The notes under the pieces: model-generated | Seen by the model: only the letters and a program-made list of their open reading frames with translations | The model's database searches: none | Told to the model about the DNA's origin: nothing | From: Scyliorhinus canicula | Taxonomy: Eukaryota | DNA length: 64,000 nt | Assembly (NCBI RefSeq): GCF_902713615.1 | Contig: NW_024055447.1 | Span: 799,072 to 863,071, forward strand | Direction: 5' to 3' | Part shown: piece after piece, positions 11,601 through 25,414 of the stretch | Numbering within the stretch: the stretch's first letter is position 1 | Layout: the number at the start of each line of letters is the position of its first letter | Made by a program: the position numbers and the translations under genes

Positions 11601-14600
11601 AGAACATAGAACACAGAACTATACAGCGCAGTACAGGCCCTTCGGCCCTTGATGTTGCACCAACATGGAAAAAACTAAAGGCCATCTAACCTACACTATG
11701 CCCTTATCATCCATGTGCTTATCCAGTAAACTTTTAAATGCCCTCAATGTTGGCGAGTTCACTACTGTTGCAGGTAGGGCATTCCACGGCCTCACCACTC
11801 TTTGCGTAAAAAACCCACCTCTGACCTCTGTCATATATCTATTACCCCTCAATTTAAGGCTATGTCCCCTCGTGCTAGCCACCTCCATCCGCGGGAGAAG
11901 GCTCTCGCTGTCCACCCAATCTAACCCTCTGATCATTTTGTATGCCTCTATTAAGTCACCTCTTAACCTTCTTCTCTCTAACGAAAACAACCTCAAGTCC
12001 ATCAGCCATACCAGGCAACATCCTTGTAAATCTCCTCTGCACCCGTTCCAAAGCTTCCACGTCCTTCCTATAATGAGGCGACCAGAACTGTACGCAATAC
12101 TCCAAATGCGGCCGTACTAGAGTTTTGTACAACTGCAACATGACCTCATGGCTCCAGAACTCAATCCCTCTACCAATAAAGGCCATCACACCATAGGCCT
12201 TCTTCATAACCCTATCAACCTGGGTGGCAACTTTCAGGCATCTATGTACATGGACACCGAGATCCCTCTGCTCATCCACACTACCAAGAATTTTACCATT
12301 AGCCAAATATTCCTCATTCCTGTTATTCTTTCCAAAGTGAATCACCTCACACTTCTCCACATCAAACTCCATTTGCCACCTCTCAGCCCAGCTCTGCAGC
12401 TTATCTATGTCCCTCTGTAACCTGCAACATCCTTCCGCACTGTCTACAACTCCACCGACTTTAGTGTCGTCTGCAAATTTACTCACCCATCCTTCTGCGC
12501 CCTCCTCTAGGTCATTTATAAAAATGACAAACAGCAACGGCCCCAGAACAGATCCTTGTGGTACGCCACTCATAACTGAACTCCATTCTGAACATTTCCC
12601 ATCAACCACCACTCTCTGTCTTCTTTCAACTAGCCAATTTCTGATCCACATCTCTAAATCACCCTCAATCCCCAGCCTCCGTATTTTCTGCAATAGCCGA
12701 CCGTGGGGAACCTTATCAAACGCTTTACTGAAATCCATATACACCACATCAACTGCTCTACCCTCGTCCACCTGTTCAGTCACCTTCTCAAAGAACTCGA
12801 TAAGGTTTGTGAGGCATGACCTACCCTTCACAAAACCATGCTGACTATCCCTAATCATATTATTCCTATCTAGATGATTATAAATCGTATCTTTTATAAT
12901 CCTCTCCAAGACTTTACCCACCACAGACGTTAGGCTACTCGGCCTATAGTTACCGGGGTTATCTCTACTCCCCTTCTTGAACAAAGGGACCACATTTGCT
13001 ATCCTCCAGTCCTCTGGCACTATTCCTGTAGCCAATGATGACCTAAAAATCAAAGCCAAGGGCTCAGCAATCTCTTCCCTGGCTTCCCAGAGAATCCTAG
13101 GATAAATCCCACCAGGCCCCGGGGACTTATCTATTTTCACCTTGTCCAGAATTGCCAACACTTCTTCCCTACGCACCTCAATGCCATCTATTCTAATAGC
13201 CTGGGTCTCAGCATTCTCCTCCACAATATTATCTTTTTCCTGAGTGAATACTGACGAAAAGTATTCATTTAGTATCTCGCTTATCTCCTCAGCCTCCACA
13301 CACAGCTTCCCACCACTGTCCTTGACTGGCCCTACTCTTACCCTAGTCATTCTTTTATTCCTGACATACCTATAGAAAGCTTTAGGGTTATCCTTGATCC
13401 TACCTGCCAAAGACTTCTCATGTCCTCGCTTGGCTCTTCTTAGCTCTCTCTTTAGATCCTTCCTCACTTCCCTGTAACTATCAAGCGCCCCAACTGAAAC
13501 TTCACGCCTCATCTTCACATAGGCTTCCTTTTTCCTCTTAACAAGAGATTCCACTTCTTTGGTAAACCACGGTTCCCTCGCTCTACCCTTTCCTCCCTGT
13601 CTGACTGGTACGTACTGATCAAGAACACGCAATAGCTGTTCCTTGAATAAGCTCCACATATGCAGTGTGCCCAACCCTTGCAGCCTACTTCTCCAACCTA
13701 CACATCCTAAGTCATGTCTAATGGCATCATAATTGGTCTTCCCCCAGCTATAACTCTTGCCCTGCGGGGTATACTTATCCCTTTCCATCACTAATGTAAA
13801 GGTCACCGAATTGTGGTCACTGTCTCCAAAGTGTTCACCTACCTCCAGATCTAACACCTGGCCTGGTTCATTACCCAAAAGCAAATCCAAAGTGGCCTCA
13901 CCTTTTGTTGGCCTGTCAACATATTGTGTCAGAAAACCCTCCTGCACACATTGTACAAAGAACGACCCATCCAATGTACTCGAACTATATCTTTTCCAGT
14001 CAATATTAGGAAAGTTAAAGTCTCCCATAACAACTACCCTGTTACTTTTGCTCTTTTCCAGAATCATCTTCGCCATCCTTTCCTCTACATCTCTAGAACT
14101 ATTAGGTGGTCTATAGAAAACTCCCAGCAGTGTGACCTCTCCTTTCCTGTTTCTAACCTCAGCCCATACTACCTCGGAAGAAGAGTCCCCATCTTGCATC
14201 CTTTCTGCCACCGTAATACTGTCCTTGACTAGCAGCGCCACACCTCCCCCTCTTTTGCCCCCTTCTCTGACCTTACTAAAATACCTAAACCCCGGAACCT
14301 GCAACAACCATTCCTGTCCCTGCTCTATCCATGTCTCTGAAATGGCCACAACATCGAAGTCCCAGGTACCAACCCATGCTGCCAGTTCCCCTACCTTATT
14401 TCGTATACTCCTGGCATTGAAATAGACACACTTCAAACCACCGACCTGAACACTGGCGCCCTCCTGCGAAGTCAAATCTGTGCTCCAGACCTCTCTACTC
14501 TCAATCACCCGTACCCCAAAACTACAATCCAGATTCCCATGCCCCTGCTGAATTAGTTTAAACCCCCCCCAAAGAGTACTAACAAATCTCCCCCCCTTAG

Positions 14601-14697
14601 GTTCAGATGTAGACCATCCTGTCTATAGAGGTCCCACCTTCCCCAGAAAGAGCCCCAGTTATCCAGAAATCTGAATCCCTCCTGCCTGCACCATCCC
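11601..14697 (-). mobile_element. CR1-clade LINE, 5'-truncated, near-intact ORF2 (APE endonuclease + reverse transcriptase)
   Basis: ORF 14508-11956 (850 aa) has YFNARSIRNK, GVFYRPP, MGDFNFP, DHN, DFSKAFDKV, GVPQGSVLGP and SKFADDTK. The C-terminus continues in ORF 12002-11691 after a small deletion/frameshift near 12008. The (ttctatg)n-type 3' tail lies at 11601-11625. Confidence 0.95.
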
Positions 14698-14979
14698 GGT
14701 TGAATTCACATCTGACTTTCTGTGGCAGCAGACCTTGAACTGATTGGCCTGCTCGGCAATATCAGAGATAGTTAAGCGTCAACCACATCACTGCTGAACT
14801 AGACACATTGAGACCAGACAGGGTAAGCAGGGAAGATTTCTTCTCCTGAAGGATATTGGTGAACCTGCTGGGATTTGGGAAATTTCGCTAGCTTCATGAG
14901 TATTATGAATGACGCAACAATTTTATTTCTGATTTATTAATTCATTCAATTGAAAGTCCCCCAGCTGCCATAAAACCAG

Positions 14980-15157
14980 CGGCTGGTTTAGCTCACTGGG
15001 CTAATTCGCTGCTTTTTAAAGCAGACCAAGCAGGCCAGCAGCATGGTTCGATTCCCGTACCAGCCTCCCCGGCCAGGTGTCGGAGTGTGGCGACTAGGGG
15101 CTTTTCACAGTAACTTCATTGAAGCCTAGTCGTGACAATAAGCGATTTTCATTTTCA
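14980..15157 (+). mobile_element. Short SINE (gggctggtttagc family)
   Basis: ggctggtttagctcactgggctaa...ggttcgattcccgtaccagcc...gtgacaataagcgattttcattttca. Confidence 0.8.
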
Positions 15158-15297
15158 AACTATAAGATGTAGGAGCAGAAGGTGGCCATTCGGCCCATGG
15201 AATATGATCTGCCATTCAATGAGATCGTGGCTGATCTAATAAATCCTCAACTCCACTTTTCCGCCTTATCCCCATAATCCTTGATTCCCTGACTAAG

Positions 15298-15627
15298 GGC
15301 CTCACGGTAGCATGGTGGTTAGCATCAATGCTTCACAGCTCCAGGGTCCCAGGTTCGATTCCCGGCTGGGTCACTGTCTGTGTGGAGTCTGCACGTCCTT
15401 CCCGTGTCTGCGTGGGTTTCCTCCGGGTGCTCCGGTTTCCTCCCACAGTCCAAAGATGTGCGGGTTAGGTGGATTGGCCATGCTAAATTGCCCATAGTGT
15501 AAGGTTAAGGGGGGGATTGTTGGGTTACGGGTATACGGGTTACGTGGGTTAAGTAGGGTGAGCATTGCTCGGCACAACATCGAGGGCCGAAGGGCCTGTT
15601 CTGTGCTGTACTGTTCTATTCTTCTAT
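15298..15627 (+). mobile_element. HE1-like SINE, full length
   Basis: gggcctcacggtagcatggtggttagc...ggttcgattcccggctggg...ctgtactgttctattcttctat tail. Confidence 0.9.
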
Positions 15628-16544
15628 ATGTCTGTCACAGTCTTGGACATATTTATTGACCCGGCCTCTCCAATTGTCTGCACCATAGAATCACTCCCCA
15701 CTGAGAGACGAAATTCCTCTTCATCCACGTCTGAAATGAGCGACACCTTACTCTGAGATGGTGCCCTACGGCCCCAGACTCTCCCACAAGCAGAAACAAC
15801 CTCGAGCATCCATACTGTCAAGCTCCTTGAAAATACTACATATCTCAGTAAGTTCGCCTCTCATTCTTCAAAACACCAATGCGTGTAGGTCTTCCCAACT
15901 TAGACTCTCCTCATGTCAGTCTCTGTGGTGCAATTGGTCAACGTTTTTCGCTGCAAACCGAGAGGTCTGTGTTTCAAGACTTTCCACGGCCGGATTCCTC
16001 TCTATTTGATGACAGGCGCAGTAACGATGTGCCGAAGAACCTCTTTATGTGCTGTGAAATTCCAGCTACCGATGAAAATCCATCCACACCCGAGATTAAC
16101 CTAATGAACCTTCGCTGGACTGCCTCAAAAATATCTATCCTGAGGTAAGTAGACCAAAACTGTTCACATCATTGCAATATGCCCTGGTGGAATTTGTACT
16201 CCGAGTCTCTGGAGTAATAGTTCAGGCCTCCAGATTACCAGTCCAGTAATAATGTTGCGAACCAGCCCTAAGACTAATATCATCACATCTAAAAGATGGA
16301 GCAACTGAAACATAAAATATTCCTGCATTGGATCACATCTGGGTCATGGGCTCAGGTATCTGTTGTGAGAAGTGATATTGATTCCACTGAGACAAGACTG
16401 TTAACCTATCATGGTTTGCATGTTGACATTACATTCTGAAATATTGCTCAGTGTATCTAAAGTTCTTATTCTGGGTGCAGCCTTACATGGGTCAATTTAA
16501 TTTTCAGAGGCTAGTCTTTTCTTCGTCTTGTGTCTTATTCTTGT

Positions 16545-16765
16545 TATAAATTTAGAGTACCCAATTATTTTTTTCCAAATCAAGGGGCAATTTAGCGCAG
16601 CCAATCCACCTACCCTGTACATCTTCGGGTTTTGGGGGTGAAACCCACGCAGACACGGGGAGGATGTGCAAACTTCACGCAGTCAGGGACCGAGGTCGGG
16701 ATCGAACCTGGTACCTCGGCACCGTGAGGCAGCAGTGCGAACAACTGCATGACCATGCTGCCCCC
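16545..16765 (-). mobile_element. SINE (V-SINE family)
   Basis: Reverse complement of gggcagcatggt...caggttcgatcccgacc...aattgccccttgatt. Confidence 0.8.
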
Positions 16766-17094
16766 GTCTTGTGTCTAATTCGGACACTATGGTAATGGTG
16801 AGCGGTAATTCCACTGGCTCCATGTAAAATGTCAGTAATTCCAAAAATAGCATCTGAACACAAGCAAGGCAGAAACATATACACAACTGGGTCTTCACAC
16901 TGCATGAGCTGCACGGTCATATTGGTTGGAAGCTCGGATTGTTTTCCTTCGAACCGAGCAGTTTTTGGGAGGCGTGGTAAAAATGGTCAAAATTATGAAT
17001 GGCTTTGTTTGATTAATTAGGAAGAAAGTTGATTCACTGGCAGGAGGGTCAGAAATCAGAAGACACTAATTTATGAAATATTAATTTCCCCCTC

Positions 17095-17470
17095 ATTATA
17101 AACCTATCAAATTGTAAAAGGACTGGACAGGGAAGATGCAGAAAGGATGTGTCCGATGGCGGGGAAGGTAGAACCAGGGGTCACAATCTAAGGATACGGG
17201 GTAAACCATTTAATACTGAGATGAGGAGTAATATCTTCACCCTGGGAGTTGTGAACCTGTTGAATTCTCTACCACAGAACGACGTTGACTCCAAAGTATT
17301 GTATGTTTTCAAGGAGGAGGTAGATAAAGCTCTTGGGGATCAAAACTCTGAAGGGACCAAATGATATGGGGGAAAGTGGGAACAGGTTACTAAGGTGGAT
17401 GATCAGCCATGATCATAATGAATAGCGGAGCAGGCTCGAAGGGCATAATGGTCTACCCCTGCTCTACTTT
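17095..17470 (+). mobile_element. CR1 3'-end fragment
   Basis: RTRGHNLRIRGKPF.TEMR.NIFT.GVVNL motif and 3' UTR gagcaggctcgaaggg. Confidence 0.75.
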
Positions 17471-18604
17471 CTCTGGCACTGTATTACATCAAATCTGTTT
17501 ATTCTCATGTTAAATGAGACCTGTCTTTATTTCTATTAAAGTAACCCCTGTCCCTGTCTATACCACACTGTACTGTTTGTGCTGCACTCAATTAAGAATA
17601 CGCTAGAACATACATAGGATTAGATCACATTAAGTTCCGCCTCTTCTATATTCCACACGAATTTGCATCTTCACCTCACGCCAAGGCCTGTCTCTGTTGA
17701 TATTAACCGGACCATGTTCCTGTTACCTGTCTCGATATTATAAATTATTGGGCATGTTTGCTTGTTTCTCCAAGTACAATCATCGTTGATTTTGAGATTA
17801 TGTTAATTCATGTTAATATCTATAAGTAGTTGTATTAAATGTGTATTTGCTTTGCTATCATGTGGGCAATATTGAGTTGAATATTTTACCAACATCCCAG
17901 TAATGAATTGATCTTGTGAGACATGTCTACATGTGAACACCGGTGCACTGCAATTTCCAAAATTTCGTGGAAATTTCTGTTTTGTTCAAAATGATGAATT
18001 TACTCTTGTGTTATACTCTATCGATTGGAAAGTTTTTTTTCATGATGATGATTATTTTCCTGCCTCGATTTATATTAACCGATCACCTGATGCACTGGCA
18101 GAGTTAGACAGAACCGTGTTCTCACAGTATCGCCACGATGGTAATGGTGGGCACCCATAGGAGAAATGTCCACCCAATCATAAAACACTCATCTGGTTAA
18201 GAAGAGCAACTAAAATCGCTGCAAAAGCGTATTGGCCGTTTGTGTAGGTATGCATGTGAAACATTTTTCTTAATTTTTGCAACTCCAATCGATCAAGACG
18301 TATTGCTATCTTCAGAATTATTTGGTTGATTTTGCGATATCTTCATATGTCTCGGTCCTCAGCTCTGGTATTCATTCCCTACACCTCGTTACCTCAATTC
18401 CCTTATTAAAATCATCCCATAACCGGCCTCATCAACCACATTTTTAATCATCTGGCCTAATAACTCTGTACACGTATATTAATCCAGACCTTGACCAGGA
18501 ATGACTGCAATTGACCCTGCCTCAGTTTATAATATTCTAGATACTGTATGAGTAATCACTGCTTTAGATCCTCTCTCATTTAAGGTTAATGAAACTTTGT
18601 ATCG

Positions 18605-18768
18605 GCAATCGCTGGCTTTTGAAGCAGACCAAGTAGGCCAGCAGCACGGTTCGATTCCCGTGCCAGCCTCCCCAGACAGGCGCAGGAATGTGGCGACTTG
18701 GGGCTTTTCACAGTAACTTCATTGAAGCCTACTCGTGATAATAAGCGATTTTCATTTCATTTCATTTC
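18605..18768 (+). mobile_element. Short SINE (gggctggtttagc family), 5'-truncated
   Basis: aatcgctggcttttgaagcagacc...gcgattttcatttcatttcatttc tail. Confidence 0.8.
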
Positions 18769-18814
18769 AATCTCAATTTAGGTTAACCTACACCCTGTAC
18801 CCCTGAAGGATAGG

Positions 18815-20125
18815 ATCTATTCACATTTGGAAGAAAATAGACTTATCAGTGACAGGCAGCATGGTTTTGTGCAGGGAAGGCCATGTCTTACAAACCTAAT
18901 AGAATTCTTTGAGGAAGTGACAAAGTTAATTAATGAGGGAAGGGCTGTAGATGTCATATACAGGGACTTCAGTAAGGCGTTTGATAAAGTTTCCCATGGC
19001 AGGTTGATGGAAAAAGTGAAGTATGCGGCTCAGGGTGTACTAGCTAGATGGATAAAGAACTGGCTGGGCAACAGGAGACAGAGAGTAGCGTTGGAAGGGA
19101 GTGTCTCAAAATGGAGAAAGGTGACTAGTTGTGTTCCACAGGGATCCGTGCACAGACCACTGTTGTTTTTGATACACACCTGGGCGAAGGTATAGGTGGT
19201 CTGATGAGCATGTTTGCAGATGATACTAAGATTGGTGGAGTTGCAGATAGCGAGGAGGACTGTCAGAGAATACAGCAAAATATTGATAGATTGGAGAGTT
19301 GGACAGAGAAATGGCAGATCGAGTTCAATCCAGGAAAATGCGAAGTGATGCATTTTGGAACATCTAATTCAAGAGCGGACTATATGGTAAATGGAAGAGT
19401 CCTGGTGAAAATTGATGTACAGAGAGATCTGGGAGTTCAGGTCCATTGTACCCTGAAGATGGCAACGCAGGTCGATAGAGTGGTCAAGAAGGCATACAGC
19501 ATGCTTGCCTTCATCCGACGGGGTATTGAGTACAAGAGTCGGCAGGTCATGTTACAGTTGTATAGGACTTTGGTGAGGCCACGTTTGGAATACTGCGTGC
19601 AGTTCTGGTCGCCACATTACCAGAAGGGTGTGGATGCTTTAGAGAGGGTGCAGAGGAGGTTCACCGGAATGTTGCTTGGTATGGAGGGTGCAAGCTATGA
19701 AGATAGGTTGAGTAGATTAGGATTGTTTTTGTTGGAAAGACGGAGGTTGAGGGGGGACCTGATTGAGGTCTACAAAATTATGAGAGGTATGGACAGGGTG
19801 GATAGCAACAAGCTTTTTCCAAAAGTGGGGGTGTCAATTACAAGGGGTCACGATTTCAAGGTGAGAGGGGGAAAGTTTAAGGGAGATGTGCGTGGAACTT
19901 TTTTACGCAGAGGGTGCCTGGAATGCTTTGCCAGCGGAGGTGGTCGAGGCGGGCACTTTAGCATCATTTAAGATGCATCTAGACAGGTATATGAACGGGC
20001 GGGGAACGGAGGGAAGTAGATCCGTGGGAAATAGGCAACAGGTTTAGATAAAGGATCTGGATCGGCGCAGGCTGGGAGGGCCGAAGGGCCTGTTCCTGTG
20101 CTGTAATTTTCTTTGTTCTTTGTAT
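18815..20125 (+). mobile_element. CR1 LINE RT fragment with 3' tail, frameshifted
   Basis: ORFs 18827-19195 (QHGFV.GRPCLTNLIEFFEEVT, DFSKAFDKV) and 19129-19971 (MFADDTKIGG, RPRLEYCVQFWSP) are in different frames. Confidence 0.92.
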
Positions 20126-20269
20126 TAGTGATCATTGCTTTAGACTCTGTCATAGGGTCATGGAGTCTGAGAGCTTTACAGTATAGAAAGATGCCCTTCC
20201 ACCGATCATTTCTGCGGCGACAATCAAGCACCTATCTATTCTAATATCGTCCATAGATTGTCTTCCTGC

Positions 20270-22370
20270 CATAAAATCATAAAACATCGAAGCAGAACCC
20301 GGCCTTTTAGTCCATCGAGTCTGCTCCACATTGAATCATGACTGTTATGTTTCTAATCCTCATTCTCTCGCCTTCTCCCCATAATCCCTGGTCCCGTAAT
20401 TAATCAATAATCTGTCTGCCTCTATCTTATAGGCACTCAGTGATTTGGCCTCCACAGCCTTCTGCGGGAATGAGTTCCACAGATTCAAGACCCCCTGGTT
20501 GAATAAATTTATCCTCTTCTCTGTTGTGAAGGATCGTCCCTTAAATCTGAAGCTGTGCCCTCGGGTTCTCGTTTCACCTACTAGGCCTCTCGCTATTCTG
20601 AAAGTTTCAATGTGACCCCACCCCCGCCCCGCGCCCCACTCCCCTCATGACGCCTCATCCTTCTAAACTCTATCCAGCATAGACCCAGAGTCCTCAACCG
20701 CTCCTCATATGACAAGTCCGTCATTCCGAGGATCAGTCTTGTGAATCTCCTTTGGAGCTTCTCCAAGGCCAGCACATCGTTTCTTAGATAAGGCGACCAA
20801 AACTGCTCACAATATTCCAAATGGGGTCTGATCAGAGCCTTATAGAGCCTCAACAGTTACATCCCTGCTCTTGTAATCTGGTCCTCGCGACATGAATGCT
20901 AACCTTGCATTTGTCTTCCCAGCTGCCAACTGAACTTGCATGTTAACCTTAAGAGAATCGTCAACTAGAATTCCTAAGTGCATTTGAGCTTCTGATTTCC
21001 TAAGCCCTACCCCAATTAGAAAATACTCTATGTTTCCTCCAAAATGCAGAAGGTACACTTTTCTACATTGTATTCCATCTTCCACTGCTTTGCACACTCT
21101 CTTAGCCTGACCAAGTCTTTCTGCAGCCTCTCTGCTTCCTCAGCACAACCTGTCCCTCTACGTATCTGAGCATCATCTGAAAACGTAGCATCAGTGCCCT
21201 CAGTTCAAAGGTAATAATAAAATCTTTCTTAGCTTTTACATTACATCAGCCTTTAAAGGCTTCCGTATCCTCTGGCATCCCAGTAATCTTCTACACATTG
21301 CATCCTTTGCTTTTATGCTGTCCTTGACTTCCCTTGTCAACCATGGATGCCCTGTCCTCCCCTCAGCATGGTTCCTCCTCTTTGGGATTAATTTGTGCAG
21401 TGCCTGGCGAATAACCCCCAAAACGTCCTGCCACTGCTGTTCCACTGTCTCCCTGCTGGGCTCCCTTTCCAATCAAATCTGGCCAGCTCTTCCCTTTATC
21501 TTTGTAGTTACCTTTATTCAATTGGAATACCGTTCCATTTGATTCCAGCTTCTACCTCCCAAACTGCAGGGTGAATTCTATCATATTGTGGTCATTGCCC
21601 GCGAGTGGTCCTTCATCTTAAGTTCCCTACTCAAGTCTTATTATACATCACCAAATGCCTGTTCCCGACTTAGATCTATCACAAGCTGCTCCAAAAAAAA
21701 CATCTCGTCAGTATTTCACAAAATTCCTTTTCTTGGGATCTGCTACCAAACTGACTTTCCCTGTCCTCCTCCATATTGAAGTCCCCCATGATTATTATAA
21801 TATTTCTCTCTTATGTGCCTTTTCTGTCTGCTGATTGATATTGTGCTCCACATTCTGACTACGGCTAGGGGGCTGTACGTACCTCTCATCAGGGTCTTTT
21901 TTCCTTTGAGATTCTTCAACTCTGCTCACAGGGATTCTACACCTTCGGACTCTTAATTGCTTCTTGCTATCGAGTTAATTTCATTCCTTACTCACAATGC
22001 AAACCAGCCGCCTTTTCCCATGCATGCCAATTTCAATGTGTGCAATGAGTTCATTTACCTTGTTCCGTATACTGCGCATATTTAGGTCCAACACCCTCAG
22101 TTCTGCGTTGACCACCCCTTCTCAACGTTGTCCCTTTTTCTGCTGTGCCTGAAGTTGCATACACACTTCTATCCATATTCCCTACTCTAGCACGTGTTCA
22201 GGAAACTTCACTAACCTCCCCTAAGCCCTCGGCCCGTTTCACTCGGTTAATGTCCTGATCATTAACCTGCACTCTCACCTTCTCTTTTAACTTTGGTTTT
22301 CTAATTTTTCATACAACCGACCGCCTTCCCCCCAATATTTCGTTTTAAAGCATCACTTCTCAGCATTGAA
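20270..22370 (-). mobile_element. Degenerate CR1 LINE fragment(s)
   Basis: LYKALIRPHLEYCEQFWSPYL (20853-20593), further RT and endonuclease-linker pieces to ~21760, and probable ORF1 remnants beyond. Confidence 0.75.
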
Positions 22371-22419
22371 TTTTATCTGCCACCTACCTACCTGTGAATA
22401 TGAAAAAGCCAGTGACCTG

Positions 22420-22935
22420 TTGCAGCCTAGGCTGGACGCATCCTAGGCTGGTTACAGCACCAGGGACGGCGGGACTGTCATGTGAGGAGAGATTGACTAC
22501 GTTAGGAATGTTCTCGATGGAGTTCAGAAGAATGAGTGGGGATCTCATAGAGACTTATAAAATTCCCGCAGGACGAGACAGTGTAGATGCAGGGAAGATG
22601 TTACCGATGATGGGTGTGTCCAGAACCAGGGGTCACAGCCTGAGGATTCAGGATTCATTTCGGACAGAGATAAGGAGACATTTCGTCACCCAAAGAGTGG
22701 TGACCCTGTGGAATTTATTAGCACAGGAAATAGTTGATTCTAAAACATTGAATATGTTCAAGGGGCGGCTAGATATAGCACTTGGGGAGAATGGGATGAA
22801 AGGCTGTGGGGAGAATGCAGGATGAGGTTATTGAGTTGGATGATCATCCATGATCGTGACAAATGGCGGAGCAGGCTCGAAGGGCCAAAAGGCCTCCTCC
22901 TGCTCCCAACTTCTATGTATCTATGTATGTAATCC
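22420..22935 (+). mobile_element. CR1 3'-end fragment
   Basis: LSCEERLTTLGMFSMEFRRMSGDLIETYK...RTRGHSL and the (tatg)n tail. Confidence 0.85.
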
Positions 22936-24134
22936 TCTTCCTTGTTTACTGCATTGTCAATTTGGGAGACAAATGAAACATTTCAATTGATATCATGTGA
23001 AACCGAGTCCCGAATCCTGTCTATTAATATATAACAGAAAAAGCAGTGCTGCTAACATTACCCACTGGAGAATAGCACTCTGTACCCCACCCAATCTGAA
23101 ACAATTGTTAAGAACTGTCCCTTCGTCACTGTTGTACACATTCTGCTCCTGCCCCTTTAATCACCTGAGCATCAATTTTCCCCACTTTTCATATATGACA
23201 CAGACATTAAGATATTTGTCCCAGACCTCTCCATTCCTCGTGTCCCATCAGAATTCCAAGGACAGCTTCAGTAACGCTCTGCTTGTCTAAACAATTCCGT
23301 CGAATACTCGCAGGTCAGGTACAGAACGGGGTTGTATACAGAGCAAAGCTTCCTGCACTCTGATCCAGCAAACACTCTCAGGCCAAATGCATCACAGGAT
23401 CAGATAAAGACGAAAGCTTCCTGAAACCTGTCCCATTATACACTCCCAGGGCCCCAACAGTAAACATTTAGTTACTGAGTAAACTTCCCTTAACAATCTC
23501 GCCTCAAATACTCGAAGGACAGGTACAGTACAGAGCAAAGCCCCCACCACAACATCCGCCATCTATCATGTGAAGGACAGGCAAAGCACACGTGAGGAAC
23601 AGAGTAAAGCTTCATCTTTGCCCTACCATCAGATACTTGCAGAGCATGAAAAACGCAGGGCATGTGGAGAGTAAAGTTCCCCATACTCCGTCCCATTAAT
23701 CGGTATGAAACAGGAATTTGTGCAGGGGTTTGGTGTGAAAATGTCCACAAACACGGACAAACACTCAGAAAAAAACGGACATGTGTCTTAATGTATATAA
23801 TCTCAACCGTGTAACGGTGAATCTTGGGCCGACCCTGCAATCGACCCTGTCATGTTTTGTACGAATGTATACCCTGAATCAGTAATCACTGCATTAGACC
23901 TTACCTCAGTTTTCGTTAATCTAGACCCTGCATCAATAATTACGGCACTAGAATCTGTCTCAGATTAATCTCGACGCTCCATCAGCAATTAGTGCTCTAG
24001 AATCCTGTCTAAATTTCCATGACTGAAGACACCCGCTCCATCAGAAATCACTGCACTCGGCCTTGTCTCAGTTTATATTAATCTAGACCCTGTATCAGAA
24101 ATGACTGTACTAAACCCTGTTTCAGTTTATGTCT

Positions 24135-24450
24135 AACTTAGGCTTTGTTGCATTACATAGAACCATATAAGTATAGAAGCATAGACAATAGGTGAAGGAG
24201 TAGGCCGGTCGGCCCCTTGAACTTGCTCTTCCATTCATTGTGATCGTGGCTGATCATCCAGACTCTGTAGACTCTTCTCGCTCTTCCTCCATATCCTATG
24301 ATCCCTATAGCCACAAGAACCATATATAATTCCTTCCAGTAAACATACAAAGTTGTGGCCTCAACTGTTTTGTGTGGTAGAGAATTCCACAGGCTCACCA
24401 TTCTAGGTCAATAAATTTCTCCACATCTATATCCTTAGACTGTGTCCCTG
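24135..24450 (-). mobile_element. CR1 3'-end fragment
   Basis: VSLWNSLPHKTVEA motif plus the 3' UTR in reverse. Confidence 0.7.
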
Positions 24451-24579
24451 ATTCTGGACTCCCCTCCATTAATCATTGCTGCACACCACCTTGTCTCCGT
24501 TATTATGAATATTTACCCTGGAACAGTAACCCCTGCATTAGAATCCTGCACCAGTTATTGTGAATCCCGGTCTTTTCAA

Positions 24580-24778
24580 AGTATCATAGAATCCCGACAG
24601 TGCAGAAGAAGGCCAGTCGGCCCATCGAGTCTGCACCCGCCCTCCAAAAAGGCACCCCACTGAGGACCACTCCTCCAACCTATCCCCATAATCCCACCTA
24701 TCCTTTGCACACTCAGGGGAAATCTTTTAGAATGGCCAATCCACCTAACCTGCGCATCTTTGGACTGTGGGAGGAAAT
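24580..24778 (-). mobile_element. SINE 3' portion
   Basis: ggccagtcggcccatcgagtctgcacc...atggccaatccacctaacctgcgcatctttggactgtgggagg. Confidence 0.75.
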
Positions 24779-25414
24779 TCTCGGTTTGCACTGCACTGCA
24801 CTGTCTCCACTTGTATTAATCGAGACCCTGTTTTAGTCATTTCGGGACACCGCTGGCTCTGTTTATTTAATGTCAGTTTCTCTCTGTTTTAGTTATTAAT
24901 GTGCGGGACAATACCAATATTAATCGTGATGTGGATGCCGGCGTTGGACAGGGGTGAGCACAGTCAGAAGTCTTACAACACCAGGTTAAAGTCCAACAGG
25001 TTTGCTTCAAACACTAGCTTTCGGAGCACTGCTCCTTCCTCAGGTGAATGAAGAGGTATGTTCCAGAAACATATATATCGGCAACTTCAAAGATGCAAGA
25101 CAATGCTTAGAACGCGAGAATTTGCAGGTAATTAAGTCTTTCCAGATCCAGAATCTGTAGATATTCACTTCATCACCAGGCTGAGGAACAGAAACACAGG
25201 AGCCATATTGAACTTTACATTGCACAACACAGTCACAAACTCCATTGTGTTGGATATGACTAATTCAGCCTTGTGTTCATCTGTGGCAATTACCCACTGT
25301 TTCCTTTCATGGTCCGAATTGTCTTTCACCCTTTTTGATGAGTGGATTTCTGTTTGCTTTTGGTGTGGTCACTGATTATGAGAGACAGAGTCTGAAACTG
25401 TGTGTGTATGAAAT

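Larger units (their letters stand above)
9870..18590 (+). repeat. Segmental duplication, copy 2 (expanded by LINE/SINE insertions)
   Basis: Collinear with 4780-9215. Interrupted by a CR1 LINE at 11601-14697 and by SINEs. Confidence 0.9.

Noticed and set aside
11665-14425. Plus-strand ORFs of 90-151 aa
   Set aside because: Antisense shadows of the CR1 ORF2.
25180-25400. Minus-strand frame ending in hydrophobic APVFLFLSLVMK*, considered as a TCR constant TM exon
   Set aside because: Lacks the conserved TCR transmembrane Arg/Lys pattern and has an in-frame stop after the acceptor.
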